From assembly GCA_039802265.1 (NCBI GenBank), contig JBDRWI010000002.1, positions 6,430 to 70,429 on the forward strand: a DNA stretch of 64,000 nt, in the 5' to 3' direction. The notes under the pieces are model-generated. The model ran no database searches. It saw nothing but the letters and a program-made list of their open reading frames with translations, and was not told the origin of the DNA. Made by a program: the position numbers and the translations under genes. Positions 58,600 through 64,000 of the stretch are shown here, piece by piece. The stretch is from a candidate division WOR-3 bacterium (GTDB lineage: Bacteria > Hydrothermota > Tepidihabitantia > SM23-42 > JAOAFX01). How positions within the stretch are numbered: the first letter of the stretch is position 1; the number at the start of each line of letters is the position of its first letter.

Positions 58600-60918
58600 T
58601 CAGCGGTCTCTGATAGCGATAAATTTTATAATACCCGTTTTTTCCATACACTCAAATTTAATGAAATAAACACCTGATGAACAGTCTGAGACATCAATTA
58701 TCATTGTGCCATCGCCCTTCGTTTTTTCATCAATTTTTTTTATCAATCGGCCGGCTGAATTGTAGAGTGAAACCAAAACCTTTTCATTTTTCATCTGTAA
58801 GTTTATAACAAATCGCTCTTTTACCACTGTCCCCGCTCGGTTCTCTTTGATATTCTTTGTCTGGCATTCTTCGATATCCTGTCCAACAAAATGCCACCTC
58901 AAGGCATCAAAGGCAATCTTCTGCATTGCGGTTCCGCTGGCATCGCCGAGGTAGACATAGCCACCAGTAGTATTAAACGGAAATGTGCCCAGGGATACCC
59001 ACTGGTTTGAATAGTTATTCTGATTTATGGTTACAGTCTGATTTCCACCGGCATAATATATCTTATATCGGGCATTGGCAGTGGCATTGATTGAGGGTAT
59101 ATAGGCAAAGACCTCATAACTTCCAGCAACTGGTAGATGTGGTGTCCAGGTCACATAACAGGTGTCTGCTGATGTTGTAGTATATGTCCACCAGAAGTGT
59201 CCATTATAACCGGATAGATTGTCGTGATAAAATCTCATTGTTGAAGGTGAACCGGTATACATATAAAATCCATAAGGCTCATCTGGATAACGTATCTGCA
59301 GGTCATCAACGATTGTATCAACCGCCGGTGGCCAGGAACCCCTTGCTCCACGACACCAGTAGACAGCATTTAAATTTTGATAGCCATTGTTGTATCCGGG
59401 CCAGTCATACCGCGCATACTTCCCATCATAACTTGGATAACCGGGTGTATTTTTGTTTCCATAAGGGTCATTAAAAATCAAGGTATGCCAGTTCAAGACC
59501 TGACCTACGGCAAGGACCAGGTGTCCAGCACTTGTGAGACCTACGCACATACAATAGGGCCAGCCCGCTGCGACTTCAGCCTGGGTCTCTTCCCAGGTCG
59601 GCGTATCATCAACCCAGGAATTGAGATTGTGGTTTATCAGGTAATAATACATCCTTGAATATGGTGAATAGCCATTATACCACATATAACCATAGCCACC
59701 CCAGGCATTGTTCCCACTCGGGTCCTGGGCAACCCAGTTATAAGTTACCTCCCGATAGTTATATTCAGAGCATATATAGTTTCCAAAATGGCTGGTATGC
59801 CCATAAGGATAAGAACACCAGCAATCCCAGTAAGGCAGTTTGCGATAATAAACGATCGCCATAATGGCAGTGGTCGGTGCGCAGGACCAGTGTCCATTAT
59901 GCCAGTCCGGTGTATCATAGACCTGATGGACATAGGGAACATCAATGGAGTCGCGCGAACCAAAATCAGAAATAATATTATAATAATTTATCTTTAGCGG
60001 TCTGATGTTTCTAAAGAGAATTTCCTGATTTATTAGCCGATTATTTTCAATCTCTGCCTGGATTATCTCCAGTCGGCCAAAGGTATAGTAGATAATCTTT
60101 TTAGAATCAATGAAATTCGCTTCCATTTCAAAGATATCAGGTGTATGAGTGAGTTGAATCTTTTCTGAGCCATCATATTTTGAAATGAACAATTCAGAAT
60201 TGGTCAATGTATGACCATCGGAATAGGTCTTGTAGTAGATTAAATACTTGCTGTCTTTTGACCAGTTAGCCCCATTTCCCTCGTCAATCTCGTAAGTGCA
60301 ATTTTCAATTCGGTCATAGACCTTTATAAAGCCGCCAAGTGTTGAATAGACAATAAATCTTGAATCCGGTGACCACTCCGGATAGAAATAACTATATCTA
60401 TTATTGGTAATACAGATTCGGCTATTATCTCTAAGATTCAAAAGCCATAATTGGTCTTGATTATCATTATAAACAGCGAAATTGCCATCCGGTGAGATGG
60501 GGGAGAGGTTGGCATAGACACCGAGGCTGTATCTTTTCGCCTCTCCATTGTGATTAACAATCAACTCTTCGCCGATTGTAAATGCAATCTTTTCATCCAG
60601 CGAAAAACTGACCTGCCCTGCCTGATATGTTGGTTCGTGTAGTATCTTAACATCACCGGTCTCAAGGTCATATAATGCCGGTCTCTGCAATCCGTCTTCG
60701 GTTATCCATTTGAACCCAATATATCTTTTATCCCAAGATATTGTATAATAACGGGCACAACCGGGTGCAGTGAATATTTCTTCTAAATTGCAATTCCTTA
60801 AGAGATAGAAACTGTTGTAATAGTTGTTGGTCAAGACAAGGCCGTAAGGTGTATATACCGGATTACAAAGGTAGATTTCCGGTTCAACAACTATTAAAAA
60901 CACATATATGAATACCAT
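58600..60918 (-). CDS. Secreted protein: TolB-like propeller, C39-like cysteine peptidase, golvesin/Xly-type CBM, T9SS-like CTD
   Basis: PD40-like SPDG/WSPDS repeats; SCAPTTAIM, GHLVL, FNDPYG; TWTPHLP.AG.YEV...WVSLGTF...DALRW; SGVYFI. Confidence 0.75.
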   Translation of the reverse strand: MVFIYVFLIVVEPEIYLCNPVYTPYGLVLTNNYYNSFYLLRNCNLEEIFTAPGCARYYTISWDKRYIGFKWITEDGLQRPALYDLETGDVKILHEPTYQAGQVSFSLDEKIAFTIGEELIVNHNGEAKRYSLGVYANLSPISPDGNFAVYNDNQDQLWLLNLRDNSRICITNNRYSYFYPEWSPDSRFIVYSTLGGFIKVYDRIENCTYEIDEGNGANWSKDSKYLIYYKTYSDGHTLTNSELFISKYDGSEKIQLTHTPDIFEMEANFIDSKKIIYYTFGRLEIIQAEIENNRLINQEILFRNIRPLKINYYNIISDFGSRDSIDVPYVHQVYDTPDWHNGHWSCAPTTAIMAIVYYRKLPYWDCWCSYPYGHTSHFGNYICSEYNYREVTYNWVAQDPSGNNAWGGYGYMWYNGYSPYSRMYYYLINHNLNSWVDDTPTWEETQAEVAAGWPYCMCVGLTSAGHLVLAVGQVLNWHTLIFNDPYGNKNTPGYPSYDGKYARYDWPGYNNGYQNLNAVYWCRGARGSWPPAVDTIVDDLQIRYPDEPYGFYMYTGSPSTMRFYHDNLSGYNGHFWWTYTTTSADTCYVTWTPHLPVAGSYEVFAYIPSINATANARYKIYYAGGNQTVTINQNNYSNQWVSLGTFPFNTTGGYVYLGDASGTAMQKIAFDALRWHFVGQDIEECQTKNIKENRAGTVVKERFVINLQMKNEKVLVSLYNSAGRLIKKIDEKTKGDGTMIIDVSDCSSGVYFIKFECMEKTGIIKFIAIRDR

Positions 60919-61154
60919 AGTACCCCCTTTCACAATAATTATATTCATAAAAGAGTTTTAGACAAGACTCCGAGATTAGACTTAAGACTGTTTTATAACA
61001 CCTTATAGCCTTTGACCTCATCACTAAAATTTTGTAACTTAAGGATGAAACGTTCAGGCTGTGTTAAAAAAAACAGTTTGCGAACAAATATATGTTGTAT
61101 GGTGCACTTACCCTAAAATCTCAGGGAAATTAGCAGAATTCTTTTTAAGAAAAA

Positions 61155-63941
61155 CTATTTCAAGAGCACTGCCTTCTTAGAAATTCGTATTCCATCGGTT
61201 TCTGCAATGAGAATATAGACCCCGTTGGGAATCCTTCTTCCATTCTGGTCAGTATCGGGAAAAGCAAATTTTGTCTCACTGGTCTTGATTCTGCCTTCAA
61301 ATATTTTTTTAATCCTTCGGCCATCAATAGAATATAACATTATAGATAGTGTAGATGGCTTGGGTAGAGTTACGGAGATTTTTGCACCACCTTTTATGGG
61401 ATTGGAGAAATTTATTGATATTCTTTTGTTAGAGAAGGCAGGATTTTGTTCTGCCAGACCAACTATGAATGAAGGCGAAAAGAGATACTGGGTAAGAACA
61501 ATTGAGTCATTTGGTGGAATGGTTCTATTTACCCACATATAACAGATACAATCGTCGTAATACCCAGGCAGGCTATCGGCAATGCCATCACCCATATACG
61601 GAACATCAAATGCATTTGCATAGCCGCCATAGGTGCCACCCCAGCGGACATAAAATAGAGAATCGGGACAGGTTGGCGGTGGGCTATAAAAAGTAGGTGC
61701 GGTGACGCTCAGAAAATGCCTCCGGCTCGGTATTGCATCTTCCGCCTCCTCGCCATACCATAGTGAGTTGAGCCCTGTCCACTGGATTTCACGGGGCTCC
61801 CAGGGATTGGGGGTCGTTGAATAGTATCGGCGATAGTAGGGTGAGTCATAATTACCAACATGGGTATCCCATTCAAAACGGAAACTGAATGTTCGGTTCT
61901 GGTTTGCAAGATTCTTGAGAATCAGAGAAAGTCCAAGCCCTGAGGAGTCACCCCATTTCTGGGTAGTAAATCTCTGTTTCAATTCAAAATTGTCCTGTCC
62001 GTTATTCACCCGCCAGATTTGTAATAATGCCCTTGAATCAATAAATTTCGCACCGTTATAAAAACGCACTAATGATACTGTATCAAAGGGCGGGGAAGTG
62101 GATGCGCCGGTTGACCTTGTAACATAATCAAGGTTTGTTCGATAAGAACGAATTGTAGTATAAGAAGACCAGGGATTGTGGGCACCACCGCCATAAAGCA
62201 ATGTCACATCAGTACCATAGGGATGTCCTGCGTCGGTTGCCGCAGTATATGTGCCAGCATCGGATATGGCATCATTGGAGATATACCAGGCAATTGTATT
62301 TGTTCCCAATTTTATAGGGTCTTGTGTGATATAACCACCGACCGTATCTATTCTTATGTCATCAAAATACCATCCCGGATTAACAACCGATGAGTTGCTG
62401 GTGAACCGGAATCTCGCCCTGAAATTTGAAGAAATGTATGGTGTTATATCAAGGGTATCAACACGCCAACCCCCTGATGAGCCAGAGAATGTCCTTAAAG
62501 TATCCCAGTCTGTGCCACCATCACTTGATATCTCAATTATACATAAATCATAACTCTGTTCTGTCTCATACCACTGGGCAATCTGCAGTGAAGCTACGGT
62601 AAAACCGGTTAAATCACATAACGGGGTAAGTACTTCCCAGTTGGCATTGTTCTCATAGCTACCAGAAAGGTCTGTAGCCCAGCATTTTGTTCCACTATAG
62701 GCACCGTTTGGACCGGAGGTTGGTATGCCACAATGCCATTCATTGATATCCGTATAAGGCGGGTCAGCAGTAAAACCACCATTATTTGCCTCAAAGTCAT
62801 AAAAGTTCAAGGTTGACTTTGAACCGATTGAGACACGAACCGAGTCAATATACCAGCCAGAATAGACTACACTTCCATCACTTTTGAATCTGAATCGGAA
62901 TCTAAATCTGTTGGTATTTGTGTATGATGAAATGTCAATGGTGGTTCTTAACCAGCCACCACTTGAACCTCTAAAACTCTGAGAAACCTTATTCCACGGT
63001 CCATTCTGCCCATCGGTAGAGACCTCAACCCAGCCTGAATCATAACCAGTTTCGGTCTGAAACCATTGATAGAAGTTGATTTCTCCATAAGGGGCACCCT
63101 GGAGGTTATGATTTGTTCCATTCCTTATTGCTGCGTCCGCATAGTTCTTGTAGTTACCAGTAAGATTCGTCCCCCAACATCTTTGTCCTTCATAGGCAGA
63201 GCCCGGTCCCACACCTGGATCTGGAATACCCCATTGCCAGGGTGCAGAAGAATCTCCAATAACCACTTCATTCAAATCTCCGCCGTCGTTTTCAAAATTA
63301 CTCTGATAAACATTACTGGTCAGGTTGACATCCACAATCCTTACATCATCAATATACCATCCCGGATAATTGACTGAAGCGTCACTTGTAAACCTAAAGC
63401 GGATTAACAAGTTATTCATTCCTGCATAAGATGCAAGAGAAATGCTTACCGGTATCCAGCCCCCACTTGTCCCCCTAAAACTCTGTGAAATCTTTGTCCA
63501 GTTAGTTCCGTTGTCGGTTGAGACCTCAACCCAGCCTGAGTCATAACTGGTCTCGGTAGAATACCAGTGATAGAATTCAAGTTTCGGATTTGTAGTGCCC
63601 GAGAGATTTTGTGCCGGCATCGTCAGTTTGTAATCACAGTTATTTTCATAATTACCGGTAAGATTTGTTCCCCAGCAGTTCACACCCGAATATGCGGAAT
63701 TGGGGCCCGAGGTAGGCTGTCCCCATTGCCAGGTGATACTCCAGAAGGGAACCCGGAGAAATGCGGAATCGGTCTCAAAGTCCCAGAAATAGGGTGTAGC
63801 ACGAATTTTGGAGTAATCCGCAGGATTCTGCATAGGGGTTTTTCCCCAGAAACTCCTCTTTTCAATCTCAATACCCTTATGTTTGATCGAAGGGGAAGCA
63901 AATAATACCCCGGTTATTAAAAGCAACAGCAAATTTCTCAT
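61155..63941 (-). CDS. Secreted protein with three tandem MAM/choice-of-anchor-J-like domains and FlgD-Ig/T9SS-like CTD
   Basis: 3x W.WG.P..GP..AYSG..CW.T.L.G.Y.N...RFRF.SD.SV...GWY.DD; D..GR.IPNGVY; SD GGAGG. Confidence 0.8.
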   Translation of the reverse strand: MRNLLLLLITGVLFASPSIKHKGIEIEKRSFWGKTPMQNPADYSKIRATPYFWDFETDSAFLRVPFWSITWQWGQPTSGPNSAYSGVNCWGTNLTGNYENNCDYKLTMPAQNLSGTTNPKLEFYHWYSTETSYDSGWVEVSTDNGTNWTKISQSFRGTSGGWIPVSISLASYAGMNNLLIRFRFTSDASVNYPGWYIDDVRIVDVNLTSNVYQSNFENDGGDLNEVVIGDSSAPWQWGIPDPGVGPGSAYEGQRCWGTNLTGNYKNYADAAIRNGTNHNLQGAPYGEINFYQWFQTETGYDSGWVEVSTDGQNGPWNKVSQSFRGSSGGWLRTTIDISSYTNTNRFRFRFRFKSDGSVVYSGWYIDSVRVSIGSKSTLNFYDFEANNGGFTADPPYTDINEWHCGIPTSGPNGAYSGTKCWATDLSGSYENNANWEVLTPLCDLTGFTVASLQIAQWYETEQSYDLCIIEISSDGGTDWDTLRTFSGSSGGWRVDTLDITPYISSNFRARFRFTSNSSVVNPGWYFDDIRIDTVGGYITQDPIKLGTNTIAWYISNDAISDAGTYTAATDAGHPYGTDVTLLYGGGAHNPWSSYTTIRSYRTNLDYVTRSTGASTSPPFDTVSLVRFYNGAKFIDSRALLQIWRVNNGQDNFELKQRFTTQKWGDSSGLGLSLILKNLANQNRTFSFRFEWDTHVGNYDSPYYRRYYSTTPNPWEPREIQWTGLNSLWYGEEAEDAIPSRRHFLSVTAPTFYSPPPTCPDSLFYVRWGGTYGGYANAFDVPYMGDGIADSLPGYYDDCICYMWVNRTIPPNDSIVLTQYLFSPSFIVGLAEQNPAFSNKRISINFSNPIKGGAKISVTLPKPSTLSIMLYSIDGRRIKKIFEGRIKTSETKFAFPDTDQNGRRIPNGVYILIAETDGIRISKKAVLLK

Positions 63942-63965
63942 AATACCTCCTCGGATATATCAAAT

Positions 63966-64000
63966 CCCTCTCCCCCTGTGGGAGAGGGCAAGGGTCAGGG
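63966..64000. repeat. REP-like palindrome CCCTCTCCC-N5-GGGAGAGGG-N2-AGGGTCAGGG
   Basis: Perfect 9-bp stem 63966-63974/63980-63988; runs to window end. Confidence 0.65.

Noticed and set aside
103-63905. Numerous antisense or nested short ORFs in the track (e.g. 103..891, 15489..16274, 48030..48215)
   Set aside because: Mostly shadows of well-supported genes, with no motifs or start signals
1-64000. CRISPR array, prophage, IS transposase, rRNA, tRNA-Sec or sel genes
   Set aside because: None recognised in this window; the Sec machinery needed for the top finding would have to be encoded elsewhere

Overview
64-kb chromosomal window from an AT-rich diderm bacterium. The abundance of secreted proteins with FlgD-Ig/T9SS-like C-terminal domains and the gene repertoire suggest a candidate-phylum anaerobe such as WOR-3; this is inference and was not checked. 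Housekeeping content: lysS-lolE-lolD-mcsA-mcsB; glmS-nfi-galT-like-HAD; proS-rimP-nusA-infB-DUF503-rbfA-DHH-ribF; prfA-prmC-nadK-recN-pgsA; xerC, rocD, pdxB, hom, a glyA-like gene, and four tRNAs (Pro-TGG, Gln-CTG, Gly-GCC, Arg-ACG). No CRISPR array, prophage or intact IS element is visible. Strongest novel signal: ORFs 1150..1704 and 1897..3078 are one reading frame interrupted only by a Cys-TGA codon. A GC-rich hairpin with the E. coli fdhF-type AGGUCU apex follows immediately, making this a candidate secreted 642-aa selenoprotein with a C-x4-C-U motif. Other signals: a zinc-ribbon-like insertion in LysRS; an uncharacterised four-gene membrane cluster upstream of rocD; sigma70 promoters with an almost invariant 16-bp spacer, many apparently driving leaderless mRNAs; a sigma54 promoter with an NtrC-like enhancer; hairpins whose arms are short tandem repeats; and a decayed PKD-domain pseudogene at tRNA-Gly. 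All family assignments come from motif recognition by eye; no database searches were run.
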